A stretch of 64,000 bases of DNA from an uncultured Spirochaetota bacterium. GTDB lineage: Bacteria; Spirochaetota; Brevinematia; Brevinematales; JAOACQ01. This document shows positions 53,889 to 64,000 of the stretch, in pieces (within the stretch, counting starts at the first letter, position 1; every line of letters starts with the position of its first letter). The position numbers and the translations under genes were made by a program. The stretch spans positions 128,001-192,000 of the forward strand of contig CAWAOD010000014.1 in assembly GCA_963783575.1 (NCBI GenBank). Direction: 5' to 3'. The notes beneath the pieces are model-generated. The model had not been told where the DNA came from, did not search any database, and saw nothing but the letters and a program-made list of their open reading frames with translations.

Positions 53889-55856
53889 CTATTTATCCGA
53901 ATAAACACCTTTAACGGAATAATTACCGAATATATCAGTAACTTTTACCTGTACTACAGAACCTGGTAATAAATTGAGACGAATATCAAAAGATTCCGAT
54001 AATGAATCAAAAATACTATCAATTGGAAGGATTTTTATCCATTTGGAACCGTTTATACTGTAGCACGCTTCATATAACTGGGAAAGGCCGTCTGTTGCTG
54101 AAAATCCCAATGAATAATTTGTTCCTTCTTTTTTTAAAATAATATCTCCAATTACCGGGGGGGTATTGTCTATAATGAAATAATCGCTTAATTTTACACT
54201 CTTTTTGGATTCCTGATCTGTGTTTGACCTTTCATCCGATGCAGTAATTTTAATTCTGTATCTTCCATCGGGAAAATTTTCTTTATTAAGATCGAAACTA
54301 CTATCTTCGAGTGGTTTGTCATTAATCTTTACCCAGGAATTTTCATTCTGAGAAAGATATATGTCATAAATAAGAGTATCCTTATTCGCATCGCTTGCAT
54401 CCCAGCTGACTTTAATGACGTTGTTGTTATACCCGATATTTATTTTATCGATTTCCGGTGCAATGTTTTTTTGAACATAAGGAATATAAATGCTCCGGAA
54501 TAGAGGATTTTTCTTCCCGTCAGATTTAAGGTTAACCCTGTATTGAATAAAACGGTCAGGGGATGATACGATTTTATCTTTTACCGGAGACCAATCTTCC
54601 CATATATCCATGTTAAAGATAGCTCCGCTTCGGGTGTATAAGTCAATTCCAGTTTCAGCCGGAACTATACTGCTGATGTTCGGAGATCCCCACTGTGAAA
54701 CATTACCGGTATCGAAAGCCGATGATATAAAATAACCCTCTTTAGAGATTGAAGTATTCATTTTTATTATTCTTGCCGGGTCAAGTAAAATACCATAACT
54801 TTCATTATCAATAGAAATAAACCTTGCAAACTTACCATTTCCAAGGCTTGTAAACTTATTGACCTCATCATTCTGAGAAATTTCAAAATATCCGGCGTTT
54901 TTATCACTGCCTATTATAAGCTTATCTTCAATTTGAGTAAGTGAAACGAATTTGATGCCGCTTTTTTGAAACAATTCAACAAGGTTGCCTTGAAGATCGT
55001 ATGAGTAAAGAGCACTTTTTTCGGAAATTTTTGATCCGCGTTTATCTGATTGACTGCCCCTAGATGAATTATCATCATCGGAAGAGGCTGTTCCTGATTG
55101 TGTCTGTGCGGGCTTCTGTATATCCTTGATTGATGTGATTATATATATCTTTCCTTTTGATAAAATTAAATCGGAAATATTATTATCAAAAGATGCGGCG
55201 GCAATTATTTTTCTATGATTTTTTACCGGTGTTTTATATAGTATATAACCGTCGCCGAAAAAATATAAGTAATCTCCGATAACAATACCTTTTAATATAC
55301 TCTTTTCCTCTGGAACCGGCAATGACCAGATCATATTGTTATTACTTCCGTAAAAATAAATTTCCGCAGGATTTCCGGCGAAAACATATAATCCGGTTTT
55401 ATCCGGCATTATCTGCCAGATGTATTCATTTGAAATATGGATTTCACTTTTCAATGTAAATCCACTATCCAGAATATAAATTGAAGCCCTGGGAATAGCG
55501 GAAAAATATATATTGCTCCCGATTATTTGTATATCGCTTATAAGAATCTTATTTGAAACAGTGAATATATTATAATTTGTCTGGCTGTTGATAAAAAAAA
55601 GCGCTGCCGATTCCCCGCTTCCGGCTAAAAAACCGTTTTTCCATTTTTCAACTGACCATATCATTTCCCGAGATGTAAATATTTCGCTGTAATCCCTTGA
55701 AAGCTCTATTCCGCCATTCTCAATAAAGCTGATATTGCTGTATTCAAAATTTTCGATATTATCAAATTTAAAATCATTGACATATTTAGTAGATACCGTA
55801 AAACCGTATGACTGACATATCATTATTATCAATAATAAATATCGGGACAATCTCAT
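53889..55856 (-). CDS. Secreted beta-rich protein with C-terminal Ig/FN3-like domains
   Basis: Signal peptide after GGAG RBS; WDASDANKDTLIYDIY, DGRYRIKITASD, IDNTPP. Confidence 0.65.
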   Translation of the reverse strand: MRLSRYLLLIIMICQSYGFTVSTKYVNDFKFDNIENFEYSNISFIENGGIELSRDYSEIFTSREMIWSVEKWKNGFLAGSGESAALFFINSQTNYNIFTVSNKILISDIQIIGSNIYFSAIPRASIYILDSGFTLKSEIHISNEYIWQIMPDKTGLYVFAGNPAEIYFYGSNNNMIWSLPVPEEKSILKGIVIGDYLYFFGDGYILYKTPVKNHRKIIAAASFDNNISDLILSKGKIYIITSIKDIQKPAQTQSGTASSDDDNSSRGSQSDKRGSKISEKSALYSYDLQGNLVELFQKSGIKFVSLTQIEDKLIIGSDKNAGYFEISQNDEVNKFTSLGNGKFARFISIDNESYGILLDPARIIKMNTSISKEGYFISSAFDTGNVSQWGSPNISSIVPAETGIDLYTRSGAIFNMDIWEDWSPVKDKIVSSPDRFIQYRVNLKSDGKKNPLFRSIYIPYVQKNIAPEIDKINIGYNNNVIKVSWDASDANKDTLIYDIYLSQNENSWVKINDKPLEDSSFDLNKENFPDGRYRIKITASDERSNTDQESKKSVKLSDYFIIDNTPPVIGDIILKKEGTNYSLGFSATDGLSQLYEACYSINGSKWIKILPIDSIFDSLSESFDIRLNLLPGSVVQVKVTDIFGNYSVKGVYSDK

Positions 55857-56068
55857 AATAATCTCCGGTTTGAAAAAATCACTTTTAAGCAAGTTAAAAC
55901 GGTTTATTTTAAAGGAAATATCATTTATTCTCAAATTGCTAAAAGGAGTATTTTATGTTAAAATCAATCAGTCGAAAGTCTGTCAGTCTATTAGTCAATC
56001 AGCCGGTAATTAAAAGACTAGCAGACTAACTGACCGGTTGACGACTAAGCTATTCGGATGGTATAATT

Positions 56069-56791
56069 ATGAAGGGTTTGATAATTGTTCCCACATATAA
56101 TGAATCTGAAAATATTGCTAAGCTCATTCCTGAAATATTAAAGCAGAATGAAATATTAGAGGTCCTGATTGTTGACGATAATTCTCCTGATGGAACGGCT
56201 TCCATTGTAAAGAACCTGATGAAAAGCAATTCCCGCATCAATTTACTGGAAAGAGAAAAAAAAGCGGGTCTTGGGAAAGCGTATGTCGCTGGCTTCAAAT
56301 GGGCTCTTCAAAGCCCGAAAAACTTCGATTTTGTCTGTGAGATGGACGCGGATTTTTCACATGATCCCAACGAGCTGTATTTATTTTATGAGGCTCTTGA
56401 TGAAAAATACGATGCCGTTTGCGGTTCAAGATATATCAGGGGTGTTAGGGTTTTGAACTGGGATATTAAACGATTTTTTTTGAGTCTCGGAGGAAATTAT
56501 TATGCAAGGATTGTTACAGGCATCAATTTGACCGATTTAACCGGCGGATATAACTGTTATACCAGAAAAGTTCTGGAAAGTCTGAACATTGATAATATCA
56601 GTTCAAGCGGATACTCTTTCCAGATCGAGATGAAAGCAAAAACAATATACAGGGGATTTAAAATCAAAGAAGTACCGATTATTTTCAGAGACCGCTTTGA
56701 GGGTACTACTAAAATGCATGGCGGAATAATCAAGGAGGCTTTTCTTAAGTGCTGGAAAATCAGATTTGACAAATGGTTTGGGAATATCTGA
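56069..56791 (+). CDS. Polyprenol monophosphomannose synthase (GT2)
   Basis: VPTYNE, DDNSPDGT, GLGKAY, EMDADFSH, GYSFQIE. Confidence 0.92.
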   Translation: MKGLIIVPTYNESENIAKLIPEILKQNEILEVLIVDDNSPDGTASIVKNLMKSNSRINLLEREKKAGLGKAYVAGFKWALQSPKNFDFVCEMDADFSHDPNELYLFYEALDEKYDAVCGSRYIRGVRVLNWDIKRFFLSLGGNYYARIVTGINLTDLTGGYNCYTRKVLESLNIDNISSSGYSFQIEMKAKTIYRGFKIKEVPIIFRDRFEGTTKMHGGIIKEAFLKCWKIRFDKWFGNI

Positions 56792-56799
56792 TACTTTCT

Positions 56800-58527
56800 T
56801 TATTTAATGCTTTCTAACATTGATTTTACACGGAAAAGCATATTATCGGATTTTTCCGGGTTGACATCGCTGTTGCCAGAATTTTCGCTGTAAGCGTTTT
56901 GATTGCAGTCGTTGTAAATTTCCTCAATATTCTTTATGGTTTCTTCCCTTAATTTTCTTTCTCTTAGGTTTAAAATTAACTCTTTTATTCCGATTCCACC
57001 GGGTATATTAAATTTATCGGTGATGTAATAGAATATCCCTTTTTGAAGGGATGTATAAAAATCTCTGTTATTTCCCTTCTCAAGATTGATTCTTGCTTCT
57101 GATAAATACCCGGCGAATCTTTTATTAGCAAGAAATTTTCTGGAATAATTTTTATCTATGCTCATTTTATCCTTATGCCGACCATATAAAAATGATAATC
57201 CGGGAAGAACAATAAAAAGTAAGGCAGTCAGCAAAAACAGGGGATTAAATATTATATACCGGTATGATTTTGGGTTATCTATAATTTTAAACTTAAGGGA
57301 GCTTTTCTTTTCCACTATATTACTGTCTATTACTTTTATATTAAATCCATCCATTACTACTTTTTTTAATGCTAAGTCTTTATCAATATAATTAATAATA
57401 ACCTGTGGTATTGAAAAATCAACTCCTTTTTGAGAAAGGAAAGAATATTTAATATTCTGCTTAAAATATGCCCTGCCGTTTCTGTATTCCATAAACTTTA
57501 ACTCTGTTACCGGGGATGATAAAAATATTCCCTCTTGCTTAAAATCGCTGTAAGGGTTGGAGAGAACTTTTAAGTTGCCGTCTCCGGTCATTTCAATCTG
57601 GATATCAAAGCTTTTGCCTTTTTCTATTATATTTGTCAGCAATGTTGTTTTAACGGAAAGATCACCGATGTAAGATATTCCGGAATCATTTTTTGTCTTA
57701 ACCGAATCTATGCCGATATTTTCCGATTTAAGCTGAATCTGCCCATATGGAGTTATGGCAACGATGGAAGGGGGAACGATTCCGATTTTACCGGCCTCAA
57801 CAGGATAAACAACATATCTCTTGACCAGCTTTTGATAATATTCGCCGTTTATTGTTATTCCGTTGTCGGGAAACTTCGGTAAATCGTAAAGTGCTGATTT
57901 ATCCGAACGGATAGGCGCTACTTCTGTATATTGATAGTTGAAGGCTTCTTTGTCGGAAGCCAGTATATATGCGTCCAGGATCACCTGCTGGTTTTGATAT
58001 GCAGATGCTGGTTTTGGTACCAGTTTAAGAAAGAGCGAAGGAATTTTTGGGCGTCTTCCAAAAAACTCATCCAGGTCTGCAAACGGATTTACTGTATTTT
58101 GTCTTTGTGTCTTACGGTTTTCTTTTACAACCTTTAATTTTTGAACTGGGGTATGGTAAGAAATTTTTTGTATTAAAATTTCAAATGAATCAATTTCAAT
58201 AATACCTTGAATCTTGGGTGTAATAATAAAACTGTATGTAAATGTTGTACTGGAAGACATCTGGCCGTTAACAATGCTTACCTGTGAACTTGTGGATTCT
58301 CCCGTATAGCTTAATTCGTAATTCTTGCTCCTGGGCGCATTAATGTTTTCAGGTTTTTGATTAATTTCAATTGTGATTTCAGCCTGATCTTTTATGCCGA
58401 TAGTTTCCGGATTCACCCTTATATTGATTTGAGGTTCGGCCGAAAACATAACTGTGGCGGATAGCATCAATAAAATTAATATACTGAATTTATTAATAAT
58501 TATTTTAAGAACAATCTTTTTTAACAT
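56800..58527 (-). CDS. batD: BatD-family protein
   Basis: Signal peptide, SSQVSIVNG, YQNQQV, GDGNL, C-terminal TM. Confidence 0.8.
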   Translation of the reverse strand: MLKKIVLKIIINKFSILILLMLSATVMFSAEPQINIRVNPETIGIKDQAEITIEINQKPENINAPRSKNYELSYTGESTSSQVSIVNGQMSSSTTFTYSFIITPKIQGIIEIDSFEILIQKISYHTPVQKLKVVKENRKTQRQNTVNPFADLDEFFGRRPKIPSLFLKLVPKPASAYQNQQVILDAYILASDKEAFNYQYTEVAPIRSDKSALYDLPKFPDNGITINGEYYQKLVKRYVVYPVEAGKIGIVPPSIVAITPYGQIQLKSENIGIDSVKTKNDSGISYIGDLSVKTTLLTNIIEKGKSFDIQIEMTGDGNLKVLSNPYSDFKQEGIFLSSPVTELKFMEYRNGRAYFKQNIKYSFLSQKGVDFSIPQVIINYIDKDLALKKVVMDGFNIKVIDSNIVEKKSSLKFKIIDNPKSYRYIIFNPLFLLTALLFIVLPGLSFLYGRHKDKMSIDKNYSRKFLANKRFAGYLSEARINLEKGNNRDFYTSLQKGIFYYITDKFNIPGGIGIKELILNLRERKLREETIKNIEEIYNDCNQNAYSENSGNSDVNPEKSDNMLFRVKSMLESIK

Positions 58528-58552
58528 TATTTTGCCTCAAGAATTTTTCAGC

Positions 58553-59434
58553 TTATTTCCAGTATTTTCCGTAAAATAAATCCAGATCACGTCGAATTTC
58601 ATAAGGAATGAGTTCTTTTTTTGTCATTATGGCATATTTAACAGCAGATCCGCAGGAACATCCGTCATCCGTTGTAATATTTTCGATGACAAGAGGAATT
58701 AGTTGATTTACTGTATTATTATTCTCCTTCATGTTTTCCAGAATAATCGAAACATCAACCGCTTCTTCTCCTTCCCTCCAGCAGTCGTAATCGGTCGGTA
58801 ATGCTATCGCAGCATAGCAAATTTCGGCTTCCCTCGCGAGTTTGGTTTCCGGAAGCGCTGTCATACCGATAACTCCGGCTTCCCAGCTTCGGTAGAGATT
58901 GCTTTCAGCACGAGTTGAGAATTGAGGGCCTTCCATGCAAATATAAGTCTCTTCTGTAAATAACCTTTTTCCGGAATTATTATCTTTAATATAATTTTCA
59001 ATAACGGCTTTTATTCCGGCCCTCAATCTGCCGCAGAAGGGATCTGCGAAGGATATATGACCGACAACCCCTTGCCCGAAATATGAAAGAGGCCTGCCCT
59101 TTGTCCTGTCAATAAGCTGTGAAGGTAATACAATGTCGGTAGGCCGGATTTCCTCCTTTAAGCTTCCGACTGCGCTTATACCGATAATGGAAGTAACACC
59201 GAGTGTTTTCAGTGCATAAATATTGGCCTTTGAATTAACTTCCGACGGTATTAATCTGTGACCCTTACCATGGCGAGGCAAGAAAGCGGCCTTTTTATCT
59301 CCGATCTGTGCGATAGTTATATTATCAGAAGGTTTGCCGAATGGTGTATTAATTTCAATTTCTTCAATTACTTCTGCATTTGACAATTCATAAACTCCGC
59401 TTCCGCCGATAATTCCAATTTTTATTTTTTCCAT
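58553..59434 (-). CDS. mtnP: S-methyl-5'-thioadenosine phosphorylase
   Basis: IGIIGGSG, TPFG, RHG, SAVGSL, EGPQFSTRAES, TDYDCW. Confidence 0.93.
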   Translation of the reverse strand: MEKIKIGIIGGSGVYELSNAEVIEEIEINTPFGKPSDNITIAQIGDKKAAFLPRHGKGHRLIPSEVNSKANIYALKTLGVTSIIGISAVGSLKEEIRPTDIVLPSQLIDRTKGRPLSYFGQGVVGHISFADPFCGRLRAGIKAVIENYIKDNNSGKRLFTEETYICMEGPQFSTRAESNLYRSWEAGVIGMTALPETKLAREAEICYAAIALPTDYDCWREGEEAVDVSIILENMKENNNTVNQLIPLVIENITTDDGCSCGSAVKYAIMTKKELIPYEIRRDLDLFYGKYWK

Positions 59435-59457
59435 AAATACCTCCGGGATATTATTTT

Positions 59458-59886
59458 CTAATCAATGATAAATAAACGGTCCATCTCATTTTCTTCAATT
59501 GTAATATGTATATTTGCTGTTTTGAAATTCAGGAGCGGTTTAGCTTTATCCGGCCATTCTATAAAACTATAATCGCCATGCGTAATAAAATCTTCAAGGC
59601 CCAGTTCTTCAAGCTCTGATACGGAATATAACCTGTAAAGATCAATATGGTATATAATAACCAATTCGTTTTTATATTCATTAATTATGGTGAATGTCGG
59701 ACTTGTAACCGATGCTCCCAAACCCCAATACGAAGCAAATCCTTTGACAAATGTGGTTTTTCCGCTTCCCACTTCTCCAACCAAAAGTACAACATTTCCC
59801 TTACAAATTCCGTCTATTTTACCGGAAGCCAGATCGCTGGCAATCTTCATTGTTTCCTCAGGGCTTTTAGTCTTGATTTTTATCAT
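59458..59886 (-). CDS. tsaE: tRNA threonylcarbamoyladenosine biosynthesis ATPase
   Basis: GEVGSGKTTF, VTSPTF, HIDLYRL, IEW. Confidence 0.93.
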   Translation of the reverse strand: MIKIKTKSPEETMKIASDLASGKIDGICKGNVVLLVGEVGSGKTTFVKGFASYWGLGASVTSPTFTIINEYKNELVIIYHIDLYRLYSVSELEELGLEDFITHGDYSFIEWPDKAKPLLNFKTANIHITIEENEMDRLFIID

Positions 59887-60079
59887 TTGATTGGCTGACC
59901 TCAAAATCGATAATGTCAATTATGATTAATTTCACAAACTAGTATCAATTATAAGAACACTTCAAAAAACTCATTAGTTAGAAGTGATTTGGCAGTTCCA
60001 GTTTATTAAAAAAATTTTGTTTAATGAGATTTTCCAACTGCCCATAGATTATAAATAATTTATTATTATTTATCAATAT

Positions 60080-60763
60080 TCAGAATACGGCTTTATTTAT
60101 TTTCCATAAAAAATCATAGAACGGCTTTAGAATTTGAAAATTGGTTTTCAATTCTTCAACAAGATTGCTACTGAATAAGGTGTCATCAATTTTTTTATTA
60201 TTTACAAGATAAAAATTTTTTCTCTGATACCAATCCAAAATGTCTATGGATTTTGTTTGATCAAGAACTTTTTTATATTTATCACCCTCAAGTTTAAAGA
60301 TATTTTTATTCATAAATCCCGATACAATCTTTAAAAATTCATCAGGGTGTCGATCGATAAAATTTCGTAGTTTGTCCATGGTTTCCTTTTCTGCCTGATA
60401 ATATCCCAGGCCATATCTATAATCTTCCGGATTTAATTCAAAATAAAAAACCGGAGAGTCTTTCCAGTCCTTAACCCTTCTTTTAAAAGAGATCCACATG
60501 TTACTCCGGTATGGCGACTTATCTTTAGAGAATCTGACATCTCTGTATATTCTCGATATTGTTTTATCAACCATAGGAGATGTTTCCAACTCATTGTCGA
60601 TTCTTTGCATAAATCCCGCAATATCGATAACAAGTTCCTGGAAAGGCTTTAATAAAAATTCTTTATAATCATTTCTATGGGATTCGAACCAGGCTTTATT
60701 ATTATTAAACCTCAGATTAACAAGGAATTCTAATGTTTTGACCGAAAATCCTCTGAAAGCCAT
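60080..60763 (-). CDS. DUF2461 family protein
   Basis: NNNKAWFESHR and RIYRDVRFSKDKSPY. Confidence 0.9.
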   Translation of the reverse strand: MAFRGFSVKTLEFLVNLRFNNNKAWFESHRNDYKEFLLKPFQELVIDIAGFMQRIDNELETSPMVDKTISRIYRDVRFSKDKSPYRSNMWISFKRRVKDWKDSPVFYFELNPEDYRYGLGYYQAEKETMDKLRNFIDRHPDEFLKIVSGFMNKNIFKLEGDKYKKVLDQTKSIDILDWYQRKNFYLVNNKKIDDTLFSSNLVEELKTNFQILKPFYDFLWKINKAVF

Positions 60764-61058
60764 ATTTTTCTCCCTTAATTCTGATTTCATCATTATAATA
60801 TTTACAGAAAGTATTATATAAAGACGAAGGAATAAAATCAAACAGTAAATTTATTATAAATTATAGTTTTATAATTACTAGAATTATTCTTGATTATTTA
60901 AGTACGTTGCTTTATATTATTAGCCGATTTATTTTATATATAACCATTAACAAATATTTATTTAACCGAATATTAATTTAATATTAATCAGGAGAATTGA
61001 AGAATTTATCTTCAAAGAATTATATAATAAATCAAAATAATAAAATGTGGGAGAAATT

Positions 61059-62594
61059 ATGAAGAAAATTATTGTTCTAATAACAGTGATTATTATGGGA
61101 TTAGTAGTATTCAACGGATGTTCAAAAGATGGTGTTGTATTATCGAAATATTTAGATGGAAAAAAGGAATATACCATAAAAGTCGGTGATGTAAAAAAAG
61201 AAGTTTTAAACTATGTAATCTATGACCCGATGATTGCCGGAAATAGCACATGGCATAAAGATTATTTGTTCGATAGATACATATTTCCGGATATAGCCTT
61301 TTTCGTGGAATCCGCAAAAGGTTTAACCAACCAGCCGGAATTTATTTCTAAAATGGATTTACAATATAAAAAACAATACCTGACTAGATTATTTCAGATC
61401 GGGCAGGAAAATATCAATAAAAAAGCAAAAAATTCTAAATTTGAAGTTGTTAGGGTTTCACATATTCTTCTTACAATAAATAAATTTACTAATATTAATG
61501 GAGAAACTAAAGAATTAAATACTAATGATTATCAAAAATTATTATCGGAAAAAGAAAATAAAGCAATGAATATTATTGATTCACTAAAATCATCCAAGAA
61601 TATTTTATCCGATTTTAGCAATGCCGCTGTTTCACAGTCTGATGACGGCAGCAGCTCTCATGTTGGCGGAGATGTCGGATATTTTGTTAGAGGATCTATG
61701 GTGAAAGAATTCGAAGAAGCATCCTTTGATGCAAAAGTCAAAGGGTTGATTGATAAACCTGTAAAAAGCAGCTACGGTTATCATATAATCTATGTAACTG
61801 TTCCGAGCCAGCAAAAGAATATGGATGAAATAGAAAAGATAATGGGTAAAGACGGCTATAAAAGGATTGAACCTTATATACAGAATAATTTTAATGAGGC
61901 TGACAGGAAAAATACCTATAAAGAATTTTATACAGTTGATCTAAGCAATAATAATGTTCAGATTGAAGGGAAGAATTATATTATTGATCAAATACCGCCT
62001 GATTCCAAATTATTTTCGATATATGGAAAGCCGTATACTTGGAAAGATTCGAAAGAGATAATCTCTTATTTTATACCCGGTTTTACAAATGGGATTAATT
62101 CAACCAATTTTAACGATCAGATGGGCAATTTAAAGAATTTCATCCACCCTGTTGAAGCGGCTAAAAATGATAATACCGAGAAATCACAATCTTTCATTAA
62201 AGAATTATCCTCTTTTAGGAATAAACTTTGCAAAGACCTTGCCTCTCAGGAGTTTGAAAAGGATTTTGTAGACAACGGTAAATCCAAGATTACTCCGGAG
62301 GCCGTTCAAAATTATTATAATTCTATGAAAAGCACCCTTGTAAAAGATGTTAAAGGAAAATCCATTCAGATGACTTTGAAAGAAGCCGATGGAAAAATAC
62401 GTGATGAGTTATTAAAGCAGAATTTGAGGCAGGCTTATCAGGAATGGAAAGAACAAATTAAGTCGAAATATAAAGTAGTTTATCTTGATAATGGGTTGCA
62501 GGCTCTTAAGGAACTTGAAACGGCTCAATTGAAATTACAGCAGAAAAATGCAGATAAAACAAAAAAGCAAAATGTCCCCCCCCAAAAAAAATAA
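61059..62594 (+). CDS. Lipoprotein parvulin-type peptidyl-prolyl isomerase (PrsA-like)
   Basis: Lipobox FNGC; VSHILL, SDD.SS..GGDVG.F.RG.MVKEFE, SSYGYHII. Confidence 0.88.
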   Translation: MKKIIVLITVIIMGLVVFNGCSKDGVVLSKYLDGKKEYTIKVGDVKKEVLNYVIYDPMIAGNSTWHKDYLFDRYIFPDIAFFVESAKGLTNQPEFISKMDLQYKKQYLTRLFQIGQENINKKAKNSKFEVVRVSHILLTINKFTNINGETKELNTNDYQKLLSEKENKAMNIIDSLKSSKNILSDFSNAAVSQSDDGSSSHVGGDVGYFVRGSMVKEFEEASFDAKVKGLIDKPVKSSYGYHIIYVTVPSQQKNMDEIEKIMGKDGYKRIEPYIQNNFNEADRKNTYKEFYTVDLSNNNVQIEGKNYIIDQIPPDSKLFSIYGKPYTWKDSKEIISYFIPGFTNGINSTNFNDQMGNLKNFIHPVEAAKNDNTEKSQSFIKELSSFRNKLCKDLASQEFEKDFVDNGKSKITPEAVQNYYNSMKSTLVKDVKGKSIQMTLKEADGKIRDELLKQNLRQAYQEWKEQIKSKYKVVYLDNGLQALKELETAQLKLQQKNADKTKKQNVPPQKK

Positions 62595-62607
62595 TAAATA
62601 ATAATAT

Positions 62608-62643
62608 AATTAGGCGGTATGTTATCATACCGCCTAATTTTTT
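62608..62643 (+). terminator. Rho-independent terminator
   Basis: AATTAGGCGGTATG-TTAT-CATACCGCCTAATT stem followed by a T run, just after the PPIase stop. Confidence 0.88.
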
Positions 62644-62769
62644 CGTGTAATGAAATATTATCAAATTTAATGCCGGATGATTTGACTTAGTAGAATTTGT
62701 TATTTATTTTTATTATTGGCTTATATTTGTAATTATTATATTAAATTAAAGTAAGATAAGGGAGTTTTT

Positions 62770-64000
62770 GTGAAAAAACAGGAATTATTACAACTGGTTA
62801 ATGAAAATAAAAAAATAGGAGTGACTGAGATATTTCAATATTTTCAATGTGATACAAAAAATAAGCAAAAGAGGGCCGAACACATCATAAAAGAACTTGT
62901 TTTTGATAATCTTGTTCACTATGATAATAATGAACGAACAGTTAGCATTCCTGAACTTTCAAGAAAACCGGTTAATAGAAGACCAAAAATAAATAAAAAT
63001 ATTGAACAACATAATAAAGAACCAAACAGAAATATTAAGAATGCAAAACTTGATTTAGATTCTATAATAGAAAAATATGAGATTCGTAAAGAATTTCCCA
63101 TTTCAGTCATGGCCTGAAACAGAAAAAATTGAATCTTCCATATTTCCGGAAGAATATGAGAAAAGGCTCGATTTAAGGAAAGAAATGATTGTAACCATTG
63201 ACGGTGCGGATGCAAAGGATCTTGATGATGCCGTAAGCATTTCATCAAATAAAAACGGATGGAGTCTCGGAGTTCATATTGCAGATGTTTCTTATTATGT
63301 ACCGAAGGATTCAAAACTTGATAAGGAAGCACTAAAACGAGCAAATAGCTTTTATTTTATCAATAGTGTAATTCCTATGTTTCCAAAAATACTGTCAAAT
63401 GGAATATGCAGCTTGAATCCTGAAGAAGACAGGCTTACATTGTCTGTATTTATGCAGATAGATAAGTCAGGTGTTGTAAATAAGTATGAGATTCATGAAA
63501 GTGTTATACATTCCAGGTACAGGCTGACCTATGACTGGGTTCAGGGATATCTTGACGGCAAGGAATCTACGAGCGATATTGGGCTGATAGAAACACTATC
63601 GGAAATGGACAAATTATTCAGGGTTCTTTACAGGAAAAGAATTGAGGAAGGCGGGATCGATTTTGATTTCAAAGAGCAAAAATGCATTTTAAACGACCTT
63701 GATGAACCGGACAAGATCTGGCTTAAAGACAGGCAGGATTCTGAAAGGATAATTGAAGAATTTATGCTGATCGCCAATCAAACAGTTGCAAAATTTTTAT
63801 CGGAGAAGGGTATATCGCTTTATAGAATTCATGGTGAGCCGTCGGCTGAAAAACTCCAGGATTTTGTCCGGATAGCATTGAAATTCGGGCATAAAGTTTA
63901 TGGAGTTCCTATTCCTGATACAAAAGATCTTCAGAGGATATTACTGGAAGCAAAGGATAAACCTCATAAGGAACTGGTTAATCAAATACTTCTGCGTTCC
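62770..64000 (+). CDS. rnr: Ribonuclease R/II family (frameshift near 63114; runs off the window)
   Basis: Shifted frame has RLDLR, VTIDGADAKDLDDAVS, VHIADVSYYV, IPMFP..LSNGICSL, IEEFMLIAN. Confidence 0.9.

Noticed and set aside
59953..60045. MITE-like inverted repeat between tsaE and DUF2461 (AAAAAACTCATT...AATGAGATTTT)
   Set aside because: Short, imperfect, no target duplication and no second copy in the window
68..63344. Numerous short ORFs antisense to or nested within the long genes in the ORF track
   Set aside because: Shadow frames of well-supported genes, without RBS or motifs

Overview
AT-rich bacterial chromosome segment. The lipoprotein style and the sppA/lptFG/batD neighbourhood suggest a spirochaete, but that is inference. 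It has four parts. (1) 1-3.7 kb: carbohydrate ABC permeases plus a GH127 gene. (2) 3.9-26 kb: accessory patchwork with a membrane LuxR regulator, an IS21 inserted into an esterase, an IS4-like element, IS1182/ISNCY relics, glycan-active lipoproteins, an Rmd/GT2 cluster and an integrase fragment. (3) 26.2-44.7 kb: two tandem islands bounded by copies of the 3' end of tRNA-Ser(GGA) at 26174, 29759 and 44710. The two islands share homologous left and right end sequences but neither encodes an integrase. One carries an AEP primase-SF2 helicase plus HEPN/MNT. The other carries a ~13 kb co-directional cluster of secreted ankyrin proteins, GT-C glycosyltransferases and SxxK serine hydrolases that share a leader module. 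(4) 45-64 kb: core genes (sppA, two lptF-like genes plus an lptG-like gene, pfkA, batD, mtnP, tsaE, PPIase, rnr). About a dozen single-base frameshifts, some in core genes, are probably assembly errors. No CRISPR array, reverse transcriptase or rRNA was seen.
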